Part shown: piece by piece, positions 37,185-46,792 of the stretch
How positions within the stretch are numbered: position 1 is the stretch's first letter
Layout: each line of letters starts with the position of its first letter
Origin: Actinomycetota bacterium
Lineage (GTDB): Bacteria > Actinomycetota > UBA4738
Assembly: GCA_040414485.1 (NCBI GenBank)
Contig: JBEDUK010000096.1
Location: 46,382-110,381, forward strand
DNA: 64,000 nucleotides
Direction of reading: 5' to 3'
Translations under genes and position numbers: made by a program
The notes under the pieces: model-generated
Told to the model about the DNA's origin: nothing
The model's input: the letters and a program-made list of their open reading frames with translations, nothing else
The model's database searches: none

Positions 37185-38461
37185 GTCCGCTGTCCGGGGT
37201 TCGACGCGTGCCGGGGGACAAGTCGATCTCCCACCGCGCCGCCATCCTCGGCGCGCTGGCCGACGGACCGAGCGAGGTCCGAGGCTTCTCGCCCGCCGGA
37301 GACTGCACCGGGACGCTCCGCGCCCTGGCCGCGCTCGGCTGCCCGATCGAGCGGCACCATGGCGGGGACATCCTCGTCCAGGGGCCGCTTGACCCTTCGG
37401 CGCGGGACGTGGGCAGGGTCGACTGCGGCCGGGCGGGAACCGCCATGCGCCTGCTGGCGGGCCTGGTCGCCTCGTTCCCGATCAGCGCCCGCCTCACCGG
37501 CGATCCGCAACTGCTCACCAGGCCGATGCGGCGGGTCGCGGAGCCGCTTCGATCCATGGGCGCCCGGGTCGGCCTCGCCGACGGCGATCACCCGCCGATC
37601 CACGTGACGGGCGGGCGCCTGCGCGGGATCGACTACGAGCTTCCGGTGGCGAGCGCGCAGGTCAAGAGCGCGATCCTGATCGCCGCGCTGCGGGCCGACG
37701 GTGAGACGACGGTCCGCGAACCGTGGCGGTCGCGCGACCACACCGAACGGATGCTCGGCGCGATGGGCGCGGACCTCCAGGCGAAGGACGGCTGGGTTCG
37801 GATCGAACCTTCGACCCTCCGGCCCGTCGATGTCACCATGCCCGGCGACCCGTCGTCCGCGGCATTCCTCTGGGCCGCCGGTGCCATGGTGCCGGGTTCG
37901 GACGTCACGGTCGAGGCGGTCGGATTGAATCCGACGCGCACCGGCTTCCTGGACGTCCTTCGCGCGATGGGCGCCGACGTGGAGGTCGCACAGACCGGCG
38001 AGGAGGCCGGCGAACCTGTCGGGCGCGTTCGCGTTCGCCACGCCGGACTGTCGGCGACATCGGTCGAGCCGGCGGCCGTGCCCTCGCTGATCGACGAGCT
38101 GCCGCTGGTCGGGCTGCTCGCCACCCAGGCGGAGGGCACCACCGAGGTCCGCGGCGCGGAGGAGCTCCGCGTCAAGGAGAGCGACCGCATCACCGGCCTG
38201 GTCGAGGGCCTGCGCATGCTCGGCGCGGATGCCGAAGCGCTGTCCGACGGGTTCATCGTGCGCGGTCCTGTTCGGCTCCACGGCGGTGAGGTCGACGGCC
38301 TGCGCGACCATCGGCTCGCGATGACCTTCGCCGTGGCCGGCCTGGTGGTCTCGGATCCCGTCGCTGATCCCGTTCGGGTGGAGGGGCTGGCATTCGCCTC
38401 CGACTCCTTCCCCGGCTTCGCCGACACCCTCCGGTCCCTGGCGCGCGAGGACGCCGTGTGA
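37181..38461 (+). CDS. aroA: EPSP synthase
   Basis: PGDKSISHRA, GTAMRL, RPMRRV, ASAQVKSA, RDHTERML, LRVKESDRI, DHRLAM. Confidence 0.96.
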   Translation: MSPLSGVRRVPGDKSISHRAAILGALADGPSEVRGFSPAGDCTGTLRALAALGCPIERHHGGDILVQGPLDPSARDVGRVDCGRAGTAMRLLAGLVASFPISARLTGDPQLLTRPMRRVAEPLRSMGARVGLADGDHPPIHVTGGRLRGIDYELPVASAQVKSAILIAALRADGETTVREPWRSRDHTERMLGAMGADLQAKDGWVRIEPSTLRPVDVTMPGDPSSAAFLWAAGAMVPGSDVTVEAVGLNPTRTGFLDVLRAMGADVEVAQTGEEAGEPVGRVRVRHAGLSATSVEPAAVPSLIDELPLVGLLATQAEGTTEVRGAEELRVKESDRITGLVEGLRMLGADAEALSDGFIVRGPVRLHGGEVDGLRDHRLAMTFAVAGLVVSDPVADPVRVEGLAFASDSFPGFADTLRSLAREDAV

Positions 38462-39351
38462 GCTCGCGCGTCCTGCTGATCGGCGACCCGGTGGCGCACA
38501 GCGTCTCACCCGCCATGCAGAACGCGGCGTTCCGGGCGGCGGATCTGGACTGGACATACGAAGCGGTCACCGTCGCGCGCGACGGTCTGGCCGGCGCGTG
38601 GACATCGATCGAAACCGACCCGTCGGTCGTTGGGTTGAACGTGACGATCCCGCTCAAGGAGGCCGTGGTGCCTCACCTCGCACGGGTGGAGACGCACGAC
38701 GGCTCGGTGAACACGATCGTCTTCGAAGTCTTCGATGTCTTCGACGCCGATGCGCGGGGCGCCGGTGGGTCGGGTCGGGTCGCCGTGGGCCACTCCACCG
38801 ACGGCGTGGGGTTTCTGGCGGCGCTGCGCCGCGTGGATGGGCGGCCGCGGCGGCGCGCCGTGGTGCTTGGAACCGGCGGGGCCGCCCGCGCAGCCGCGGC
38901 CGCCCTTCGCGGTGATGGCTCCGAGGTCACCGTTCTCGGCAGGAACCACGAGCGCGGCCGGCGGCTGGCCTCGGATCTCGGCGTCGGGTTCGAACTGTGG
39001 GAACGGGACGCCCCAGGCGCAGCCGAACTGCTCGAACGGCACCTGGACGGCGCCGACCTGCTGGCGAACGCCACCCCGGTCGGGACCGGCGATGCGGGCG
39101 CGAGCCCGCTTCCCGGCGGGGTGCGTCTGCCCGCGGAGGTCACGGTCTTCGACCTCGTGTACCGTCCTCGCCGGACGGCGCTCCTCCGGCAGGCGGCGGA
39201 GCAGGGGTGCCGAACGGTCGAGGGGATCGAGATGCTGATCGAACAGGGCGCGCGTTCGTTCTCCCTGTGGACGGGACGCGCCGCGCCGACTGACGTGATG
39301 CGCGACGCCGCGTACGCAGCGCTCGGCACGGCGCCCGAAGCGGAGGTCTGA
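38458..39351 (+). CDS. aroE: Shikimate dehydrogenase
   Basis: GDPVAHSVSPAMQN, NVTIPLK, SVNT, STDG, GTGGAARA, DLVY, MLIEQG. Confidence 0.93.
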   Translation: MSSRVLLIGDPVAHSVSPAMQNAAFRAADLDWTYEAVTVARDGLAGAWTSIETDPSVVGLNVTIPLKEAVVPHLARVETHDGSVNTIVFEVFDVFDADARGAGGSGRVAVGHSTDGVGFLAALRRVDGRPRRRAVVLGTGGAARAAAAALRGDGSEVTVLGRNHERGRRLASDLGVGFELWERDAPGAAELLERHLDGADLLANATPVGTGDAGASPLPGGVRLPAEVTVFDLVYRPRRTALLRQAAEQGCRTVEGIEMLIEQGARSFSLWTGRAAPTDVMRDAAYAALGTAPEAEV

Positions 39352-39355
39352 GGCG

Positions 39356-40570
39356 GTGCGCTTCCTCACCGCCGGCGAGTCCCACGGGCCGGAGCTCGTG
39401 GTCATCGTCGAAGGGCTGCCGGCAGGTGTCTCCGTCCGCCAGGAGGCGCTCGACGAGGATCTGGCTCGGCGGCAGCGTGGCTACGGACGAGGCGCGCGCT
39501 CCACGCGGATCGAACGCGACCATGCGGAGGTCGTCGCGGGCATCGCCGGCGGAACGACCACCGGGGCGCCGGTGGCGATCCGGATCGTGAATCGGGACTT
39601 CGCGAACCAACCGGCCCAACCGAAGTCGTTGACGGCGCCGCGGCCGGGACACGCCGATCTGGCCGGCGGCATGAAGTACGGGCTCGACGACTTCCGGCTC
39701 GTCCGCGAGCGGGCCAGCGCGCGCGAGACGGCCGCGCGCGTGGCCGCCGGCGCGCTGGCCCGCTCGCTCCTGGCACATTTCGGCGCCGAGATCGGCTCGT
39801 TCGTCGTCGCCATCGGCGACCGTCGAATGGATCCCGCCGCGAACGTCTCCGAGATGGACGCCTCGGCCCTGTGGGCGCTCGCCGGGCGCGCCGAGGACGA
39901 CCCGGTTCGCTGTCCGGACCCCGACGCTTCGGCCCGGATGACCGCGGCGATCGACGCCGCGAAGGAGGCCGGCGAGACGCTCGGCGGCGTGTTCGTCGTC
40001 TTCGCGACCGGCGTTCCGGCCGGGCTCGGCAGCCACGTCCACTGGGACCGTCGGCTGGACGGCCGGCTGATCGGCGCGCTGGGCTCGATCCACGCTGTCA
40101 AGGGGGCCGAGGTCGGCGACGCGTTCGCCCTCGCAGAGCTGCCCGGGACCGGCGCGGTCGACTCGATCGTCCGGACGGCGGAGGGGAGCGGTCTGGGCCG
40201 GCCGACGAACCGGGCGGGCGGCCTCGAGGGAGGGATGACGAACGGCCGTCCGGTCGTGCTCCGCGCCGCGATGAAGCCCTTGTCGTCCGTGCGCCGAGAG
40301 GTCGAATCGATCGACCTGCGCACCGGCGCGCCGGTGGATCCCGCCTATGTGCGCTCCGACGTGTGCGCGGTTCCTGCGGCCGCGGTCGTCGGCGAGGCCA
40401 TGGTGGCCTGGGTCCTGGCCGACGCGCTCACCGAGCGGTTCGGCGCGGACCGGCTCGACGCCATGCTCGCCGCATTCGACGCGGTCCGGGCGGACGCTCG
40501 CTGGACGCCTCCGGCCGCGGGTGCGACGGATGTCATGGACGCCGCGATCGACGTGGACGCCGAACGATGA
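39356..40570 (+). CDS. aroC: Chorismate synthase
   Basis: TAGESHG, RPGHAD, ERASARETAARVAAG, NRAGGLEGGMTNG, RSDVCAVP. Confidence 0.97.
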   Translation: MRFLTAGESHGPELVVIVEGLPAGVSVRQEALDEDLARRQRGYGRGARSTRIERDHAEVVAGIAGGTTTGAPVAIRIVNRDFANQPAQPKSLTAPRPGHADLAGGMKYGLDDFRLVRERASARETAARVAAGALARSLLAHFGAEIGSFVVAIGDRRMDPAANVSEMDASALWALAGRAEDDPVRCPDPDASARMTAAIDAAKEAGETLGGVFVVFATGVPAGLGSHVHWDRRLDGRLIGALGSIHAVKGAEVGDAFALAELPGTGAVDSIVRTAEGSGLGRPTNRAGGLEGGMTNGRPVVLRAAMKPLSSVRREVESIDLRTGAPVDPAYVRSDVCAVPAAAVVGEAMVAWVLADALTERFGADRLDAMLAAFDAVRADARWTPPAAGATDVMDAAIDVDAER

Positions 40571-42243
40571 CCATGCCAGAGATCGCACCGACCTTCCTTC
40601 CGGCGCCGGACCTCATGCCGGGGAGGCCGAACCTGGTGGTCACCGGCTTCATGGGGACCGGCAAGACCACGGCCGGAAAGGAGGCAGCGCGCCTCCTCGG
40701 ACTTCCATTCGTCGACCTGGACCGGCTGATCGAACAGCGCACCGGCCGGACGGTCCAGGACCTCTTCGATCAGGAGGGCGAGGGCGGTTTCCGCGCGCTG
40801 GAACAGGCCGCGCTGAGGGATGCCGCTCGCCTGTCCGGAACGGTGATCTCCACCGGCGGCGGCGCCGTGCTGCACGATCAGGAGTTCGCGGACCTCAAGC
40901 GGACCGCGGAGGTAATGGTCCTCACCGCCGATCCGGCCGTCATGGTCGCCCGTGTTCGTGCCGGAGAGGGGCGGCCCCTCCTGCGCGACGAACGGTCGGT
41001 CGAGGATCGGATGCGCGACCTGTTCGCCGAACGGGCGGACCGCTACGCGGCGGCCGGCACGCCCATCGACACCTCGCACGGCATCCGGAAGTCGGCCGCC
41101 CGCGAGGCGGTCGCGCGGTACCGGCAGAGCGTCGGCGCGGAGGCGTCGTTCGCACGGTTCGAGGTCCCAACCCCCGGAGGGCAAGGGTCGTCGGTACTGG
41201 TCGGCCGCGGGTCGACGGGCCGGATCGCGGAGGAACTGTGTGCCGCGCTTCCCCGATCAGCGCTGGCCGTCGTGGCGGCGGAGGATGTCGTCGGGGGTCC
41301 CGGCGGCCAGGCGGAACGGGTCTCGGCGTCGCTGGCCGCAGCCGGCATCCGCAGCGTCCGTGTGGCGGTGGCGGGGGGCGAACGGCGAAAGGACCTCGCC
41401 ACGGCGACCTCGCTCTGGGACGCGTTCCGTGAGGCCGGCCTGTCACGGACGGATGCCGTGGTTGCGGTCGGGGGCGGCGCCACGCTCGACGCGATCGGGT
41501 TCGCGGCGGCCACGTACGCCAGGGGCGTTCCGCTCGTCAACGTGCCGACCACGCTGCTCGCGATGGTCGACGCGAGCCTGGGCGGCAAGGTCGCCATCGA
41601 TCACGGCGATGCGAAGAACCTCGTCGGCGCGTTCCATCATCCGGCGGTGGTGATCGCGGACCCGGACGCGCTGGCCACACTTCCCCCGGCGATCGTCCGG
41701 CACGGCCTGGCGGAGGCTGTCAAGGCGGCCGTCCTCGCCTCGCCCGCGATGCTCGACATCCTCGATGCCGACCCGTTCGATGCGAACGGACTTCCCTCGC
41801 GCATCGAATGGATCGTCGAACAGGCGGTGCGGATCAAGGCCGCGTACGTCGCCGCCGACGCGGCCGACCTGGGTCTTCGACACTCACTCAACCTCGGGCA
41901 CACCTTCGCCCATGCGATCGAATCGGCGTCCGGATACGCGGTCGCGCATGGCGACGCCGTGGCCATCGGTACCGTCGCAGCCGCGCGGCTGGGCGAACGG
42001 TTCGGCATGACCCGGACCGGAACGGCCGTGCGTCTCCGGGCCACCTTCGAGCGTCTCGGGCTGCCGACGGACACGCCGGCGGAACTCGATCCGGACGCCA
42101 TGGCGGCGGCGATGGGCGCAGACAAGAAGCGCCGGGCCGGCCGGTCGGTGTTCGTCGTCCCGGTCGACGGCGGCGCCGCACTATTGGAGGGCATCGAACC
42201 GGCGGAGGCCGTCCTGGCGCTCACCGGGAAGGGGGAGGCGTGA
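40567..42243 (+). CDS. aroKB: Bifunctional shikimate kinase / 3-dehydroquinate synthase fusion
   Basis: N-terminal GFMGTGKTT, GE.GFR, STGGG, RPLL; C-terminal GGG..LD, PTTLLAMVDASLGGK, KNLVGAF, LNLGHTFAHAIE, HGDAV. Confidence 0.92.
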   Translation: MTMPEIAPTFLPAPDLMPGRPNLVVTGFMGTGKTTAGKEAARLLGLPFVDLDRLIEQRTGRTVQDLFDQEGEGGFRALEQAALRDAARLSGTVISTGGGAVLHDQEFADLKRTAEVMVLTADPAVMVARVRAGEGRPLLRDERSVEDRMRDLFAERADRYAAAGTPIDTSHGIRKSAAREAVARYRQSVGAEASFARFEVPTPGGQGSSVLVGRGSTGRIAEELCAALPRSALAVVAAEDVVGGPGGQAERVSASLAAAGIRSVRVAVAGGERRKDLATATSLWDAFREAGLSRTDAVVAVGGGATLDAIGFAAATYARGVPLVNVPTTLLAMVDASLGGKVAIDHGDAKNLVGAFHHPAVVIADPDALATLPPAIVRHGLAEAVKAAVLASPAMLDILDADPFDANGLPSRIEWIVEQAVRIKAAYVAADAADLGLRHSLNLGHTFAHAIESASGYAVAHGDAVAIGTVAAARLGERFGMTRTGTAVRLRATFERLGLPTDTPAELDPDAMAAAMGADKKRRAGRSVFVVPVDGGAALLEGIEPAEAVLALTGKGEA

Positions 42244-42689
42244 ACGTCCTGATCCTGCACGGCCCGAACCTCAACCTCCTCGGCGAGCGGGAGCCGGACG
42301 TCTACGGCACCATGACGCTCGCCGAACTGGACGGGATGTTGGCCGAGCACGCGGCGGCCCTCGCAATCACGGTCCAGTCGCGGCAGTCGAACTCCGAGGG
42401 CGAACTGGTCGACCTCATCCAGGGCGCCCGTGGATGGGCGGACGCCATCGTGATCAATCCGGGCGGCTATTCGCACACGAGCGTGGCCATCCGGGACGCG
42501 CTGGCGGGCGTCGCGCTGCCCGCGATCGAGGTGCATCTCTCCAATCCCAACGCGCGCGAGTGGTTCCGGCGCGAGGACCTGGTCGCCGGCGCCTGCACGG
42601 GCGTGATCGCCGGGTTCGGCGCGCGTTCCTACACGATGGCGTTGGACGCGCTGGCCGGGGCGGCGGACCGGGACGGGGGAACTCTGTGA
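42240..42689 (+). CDS. aroQ: Type II 3-dehydroquinate dehydratase
   Basis: LHGPNLNLLGEREP.VYG, QSNSEG, INPGGYSHTS, EVHLSN..ARE.FR. Confidence 0.95.
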   Translation: MNVLILHGPNLNLLGEREPDVYGTMTLAELDGMLAEHAAALAITVQSRQSNSEGELVDLIQGARGWADAIVINPGGYSHTSVAIRDALAGVALPAIEVHLSNPNAREWFRREDLVAGACTGVIAGFGARSYTMALDALAGAADRDGGTL

Positions 42690-44308
42690 CGAACCGGCCG
42701 GCCGGCGACGAAGCCGAACGTCGCCCGCGACGGACGCCTGCCGGCGACCGCTTCGGCTGGCATCCGGACCCGGATCTGATCGGGCACGACGACCTCGAGG
42801 CGCTGGCCGCCGTCGGCGCGCTCGGCGACGACGCGTGGGGTGCGGCGATGGACTGGCTTCGTGACGAGGCCTCCAGGCGGCCCGTCGCCGGCCTTCCGTA
42901 CGAGCAGATGCGGTCGGCGTTCTACGGCACGGAAGGCGGACCGCCGCCGGCGCCCGCGGGCCCGACGCCGTGGTCTGCGATCCTTGCGGAGATCCGCGAG
43001 CGGCTCCTGCCGTACCAGTACGCCGCGCAGCATCCGGCGCAGTTCGCGTACTTCACGCCGCCCCCGCTCCCGGTCGCCGCCGCCGCGGAGTCGCTCGCCG
43101 CGTGGCTGAACCAGGGCGTGGACGTGTGGGCCTGCAGTCCCTCGTCGGCGTTCGTCGAAGAGGAGGTCGTGACCTGGCTGCGCAGCCTGGTCGGGTTCGA
43201 CGAGAGCGGATGGGGCGTCCTGACGTCCGGCGGTGTGATGGCGAACTTCATGGCGCTCGCCGTGGCGCGGGACGTCCACCTGCGGCGTCTCCGCGGACTC
43301 GACGCGCCTCCGCGCGGCGGCGCGCTCGACGGGGTGCGCGCCTACGCGAGCGACCAGGCGCACTTCTCGATCGCGCGCAGCCTGTCCTGGCTTGGATTCC
43401 CGCCGGAGACGCTTCGCATCGTTCCGTCCGACGACCGGTTCCGCCTTCGCGGTGACGCGCTGCGGGAGGCCGTGGAACAGGACCGCGCCGACGGGCTCCT
43501 TCCGTGGTGCGTCGCGGCGGTGAGCGGTTCGACGAACACAGGGTCGGTCGATGCCGTCGCCGAGTTGGCCGACGTGTGCGCCGCCGACGGCATGTGGTTC
43601 CACGTCGACGCGGCGTACGGAGGGGCGGTTCGGCTCTCGGAGCGGGATGCGTGGCGGGTACCGGACCTCGAACGCGCTGACTCGGTCACCATCGATCCGC
43701 ACAAGTGGTTCTTCCAGCCGTACGACATCGGCGCCCTGATGGTAAAGCAACATGACGATCTGCTGATGACGTTCCACGGCGCGCCCGAGTACTACCGGCA
43801 CCCGCGCCCGGACGAGGAGCCGCTCCATTGGTACCGGTACTCCTTCGAAGGAACCCGCCGCTTCCGCGCGCTCAAGCTCTGGGTTTCGTGGAAGCACCTT
43901 GGCACCAGCGGTTTCGGCCGGCTGATCGAATCGAACCTCGAGGTCGCGCAGCACCTCGCGCGGCGGTGCGCCGAGAGTGATGACTTCGAGGCGTGCCCCG
44001 CGGAACCCGAACTCTCGGTCGTGTGCTTCCGGCACCTCCCAGGCGGAGCCGAGGCGGCCGCGCGGATGGAGCCGGCCGCGCTGGACGCGCATCAGGACCT
44101 GCTGCAGCGGAGGCTCGAAGCCAGCGGTGAGGGGTGGGTCTCGACCACGACGTTGCGCGGCCGCACGTACCTTCGGGCCGGCGTCGTGAACTACCTCTCC
44201 ACGCCCGAGGACGCGGATCACGTGCTGGCCACGCTTCGACGCATCGCGGGCGAGGAGGCCTTGGGCGGTGGGATGGAGGCGGCGACTACGGAGCCGTCAC
44301 CTTCGTGA
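42686..44308 (+). CDS. Group II PLP-dependent decarboxylase (aromatic amino acid / glutamate decarboxylase family)
   Basis: TSGGVMAN, AHFSI, GSTNTGSVD, HVDAAYGG, DSVTIDPHKW (PLP Lys), RRFRALKLW; GTGA overlap with aroQ. Confidence 0.9.
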   Translation: MTNRPAGDEAERRPRRTPAGDRFGWHPDPDLIGHDDLEALAAVGALGDDAWGAAMDWLRDEASRRPVAGLPYEQMRSAFYGTEGGPPPAPAGPTPWSAILAEIRERLLPYQYAAQHPAQFAYFTPPPLPVAAAAESLAAWLNQGVDVWACSPSSAFVEEEVVTWLRSLVGFDESGWGVLTSGGVMANFMALAVARDVHLRRLRGLDAPPRGGALDGVRAYASDQAHFSIARSLSWLGFPPETLRIVPSDDRFRLRGDALREAVEQDRADGLLPWCVAAVSGSTNTGSVDAVAELADVCAADGMWFHVDAAYGGAVRLSERDAWRVPDLERADSVTIDPHKWFFQPYDIGALMVKQHDDLLMTFHGAPEYYRHPRPDEEPLHWYRYSFEGTRRFRALKLWVSWKHLGTSGFGRLIESNLEVAQHLARRCAESDDFEACPAEPELSVVCFRHLPGGAEAAARMEPAALDAHQDLLQRRLEASGEGWVSTTTLRGRTYLRAGVVNYLSTPEDADHVLATLRRIAGEEALGGGMEAATTEPSPS

Positions 44309-44922
44309 ACGCCGGCCTGGTGGCGAGCGCCTTCGGACTCGGCGCCACGCTCGGCCTGCTCCCCGGACCCGTGCAGTTCATCCTGCTCACGGAGGCGACC
44401 AGGGGCGGCGTGCGGCGAGGGTTCGCGGCGATGGCCGGCGCGAACGGGACGTTCGGCCTCTTGCTGTTCAGCCTGGCGGCGGGGCTCGCGCTGCTCGCGC
44501 CGGAGGAGGGGCTGCTTCGAGCGCTGAAACTGGCCGGCGGCGCGTTCCTGCTCTACCTGGCGATCGACGCCTTCCTGGTGTGGCGGCGCGGGGGCGCCTC
44601 CGAGGAATCCGGGGCGTCCTCGGGTACGCCCTTCGTGCGGGGAGTCTTCGCCGTGCTGCTCAACCCGGGCGCGTGGATCTTCCTGGCCACCACCGCATCG
44701 GCCCTCTTCGCGTCGGCGGCGGACTCGGGGGGCCGGCCGTTCGCGATGCTCACCGCGGTGGCGATGCTCGCAGGCGTGTCGCTGGTCGACGGTTCCATGG
44801 TGCTGCTCGGCGGCGGCGTCAGGCGGTTCGAGTTGCGCGTGGCGCACTGGCTGACGCCGATCCTGGCCGCGGGCCTGGCGGTGTTCGGCGTGCTGCTGGT
44901 CGTTGCCGGCATCCGCGGCTGA
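44305..44922 (+). CDS. LysE/RhtB family exporter
   Basis: PGP near the N-terminus, GG.FLLYLA, LLNP motif; GTGA overlap with the decarboxylase. Confidence 0.85.
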   Translation: MNAGLVASAFGLGATLGLLPGPVQFILLTEATRGGVRRGFAAMAGANGTFGLLLFSLAAGLALLAPEEGLLRALKLAGGAFLLYLAIDAFLVWRRGGASEESGASSGTPFVRGVFAVLLNPGAWIFLATTASALFASAADSGGRPFAMLTAVAMLAGVSLVDGSMVLLGGGVRRFELRVAHWLTPILAAGLAVFGVLLVVAGIRG

Positions 44923-44958
44923 CTCGCTGCGGGCAGGCCGGCCGCCGTCCCGATCGGC

Positions 44959-45570
44959 TCAGCGGAGCGCGCGAGGGATCACGAGCTTCTGCGCGGTGTG
45001 CGTCTGCGACCACCTGGCCACCTTGACGTCGACCAGCCCGGCGTCCTTCGCCGCGGCCATGACGTCGATGTCGCGGATCGAACGATCGCCCTTCGGAAAC
45101 ACCACCCAGATGCCGCCGTCCGAGACGAGCGATGCCTTCAAGCGTTCGAGCCGACGCAGGTCGGCGATCGAATCGGCGCGGTACAGGATCAGATCGGAGC
45201 CCCGAACGGTCCTCCCGGCCGACACCTCCGCCCCGCGGGCCTCGAGTTCGTCACGGAGCCACTCGTCGGGGAGGCGGACGACCGAGACGCGCATCCCGGC
45301 CTTCACGCCAAGCTTGTCCATCAACGACCGCGGGTTCCTGATCCGTTCGGCCCACGTCTGGGCCTGCGGACCGAGTTCGAGCTCGATGCTCTCGTCGCCC
45401 CACACGAGCCTTAGCCAGCCGTCGTGGGGCTCCGCGGTGGACACGCCCGAGATCGGCACCTGGACGCGCATGCCGGTCGCGCGGAACAGCACCGCATCCG
45501 TCTCGAGCTGCGCCCGGCCGTCCACCGTCCGGCCCTCGTACCGCGCTCGGCACCCCGACTCCCTGCCCAC
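44959..45570 (-). CDS. Hypothetical protein (DUF3052-like C-terminal domain)
   Basis: LMDKLGVKAG, GGIWVVFPK, AGLVDVKVA pattern. Confidence 0.7.
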   Translation of the reverse strand: MGRESGCRARYEGRTVDGRAQLETDAVLFRATGMRVQVPISGVSTAEPHDGWLRLVWGDESIELELGPQAQTWAERIRNPRSLMDKLGVKAGMRVSVVRLPDEWLRDELEARGAEVSAGRTVRGSDLILYRADSIADLRRLERLKASLVSDGGIWVVFPKGDRSIRDIDVMAAAKDAGLVDVKVARWSQTHTAQKLVIPRALR

Positions 45571-45650
45571 GACCGTGCGATGCTACGCGCGAACCCGGAC
45601 ACGCGCGTCGGATCGACGTGTCCGACCACGGCGAGAGGACGGAGCCGCAG

Positions 45651-46445
45651 ATGGCGTACGAGCAGCTGATCCTCGACCGCGACGGCGCCGTTGCGACCGT
45701 CCGGATGAACAACCCCGCGAAGCTGAACGCGCTGTCGGACACGCTGACCAGGGAACTGACCGAAACGATGGCGGCGCTGCAGGACGACGCGACCTGCCGC
45801 GCCATCGTGGTCACGGGCGAAGGGCGCGGCTTCTGCGTGGGCGCGGACCTCGCCGCGCTCCAGCCGCTCTACGCGGCGGGCGAGCGGCCGAAGCTGAGCA
45901 GGTTCCTGCGCGGCGGCTACAACAACCTGATCCCGCTTTTCACGGAGAATCCGAAGCCCGTCATCGCGGCGGTCAACGGCGTCGCGGCCGGTGCCGGCTT
46001 GTCGTTGGCGCTCGCCTGCGACATCCGCATCGGGTCCGAGGATTCGTCCTACCTGATGGCGTTCGTTCGGATCGGGCTGGTCCCGGACTCGGGTGCGGCG
46101 TACCTGCTGCCGCGGGCCGTCGGGCACGGTGAGGCGCTTCGGCTTTCGATCACGGGCGAGCGGGTCGACGCGGCGGAGGCGCTTCGGATCGGCCTCGTCT
46201 CGAAGGTCGTGCCGCGGGATCGGTGCCTCGCGGAGGCACAGGAGCTCGCCGCGCGGTTGGCGGCCCTGCCGACGGTGGCGATCGGACTCACCAAGCGCCT
46301 GTTCACTCAGGCGAGCGGCGCCACCCTGCCGGAGGCGCTCGAGCTGGAGGCGCACGCGCAGGACGAGGCCGGCGCGACCGACGACCACATCGAGGGCGTC
46401 ATGGCGTTCATGGAGAAGCGCGAGGCGACCTTCACGGGGCGATGA
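45651..46445 (+). CDS. Enoyl-CoA hydratase/isomerase (PaaG-like)
   Basis: KLNAL, TGEGRGFCVGADL, KPVIAAVNGVAAGAG, IGLVPDSG, EGVMAFMEKR. Confidence 0.9.
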   Translation: MAYEQLILDRDGAVATVRMNNPAKLNALSDTLTRELTETMAALQDDATCRAIVVTGEGRGFCVGADLAALQPLYAAGERPKLSRFLRGGYNNLIPLFTENPKPVIAAVNGVAAGAGLSLALACDIRIGSEDSSYLMAFVRIGLVPDSGAAYLLPRAVGHGEALRLSITGERVDAAEALRIGLVSKVVPRDRCLAEAQELAARLAALPTVAIGLTKRLFTQASGATLPEALELEAHAQDEAGATDDHIEGVMAFMEKREATFTGR

Positions 46446-46524
46446 ACGCGATCCCGATGCGGACGGAGTGGCAGCGGCAGTGAATCCCTCACCCGTCTGG
46501 GGGTTCGACGCCGTTCGCGCCGCC

Positions 46525-46758
46525 ATGCGCAGTGAGGGGACCACCGTGCCGCTGGTCACGCTGGTTCTGGGGCTCGTGTTCCTGATTCCGGGCATCCTGT
46601 GGCGAGCGCCGGTGATGGTGCTCGTGGGGTCCTTCCTCATAGTGCTGTGGATCGTCTGGACGGCCGGGCGGATGCGATCGGTCCGCCGGGCGCGACGGCT
46701 GTCGGCCCGCTCTCAGCACGAGGACGGGGACGCGGGCAACGCCCGAAGCACCGGCTGA
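46525..46758 (+). CDS. Small hypothetical membrane protein
   Basis: Two hydrophobic helices and a basic tail; start uncertain. Confidence 0.45.
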   Translation: MRSEGTTVPLVTLVLGLVFLIPGILWRAPVMVLVGSFLIVLWIVWTAGRMRSVRRARRLSARSQHEDGDAGNARSTG

Positions 46759-46792
46759 ACGTCGCTGCCGGATCTCCCCGAGAAGCGCTTCG

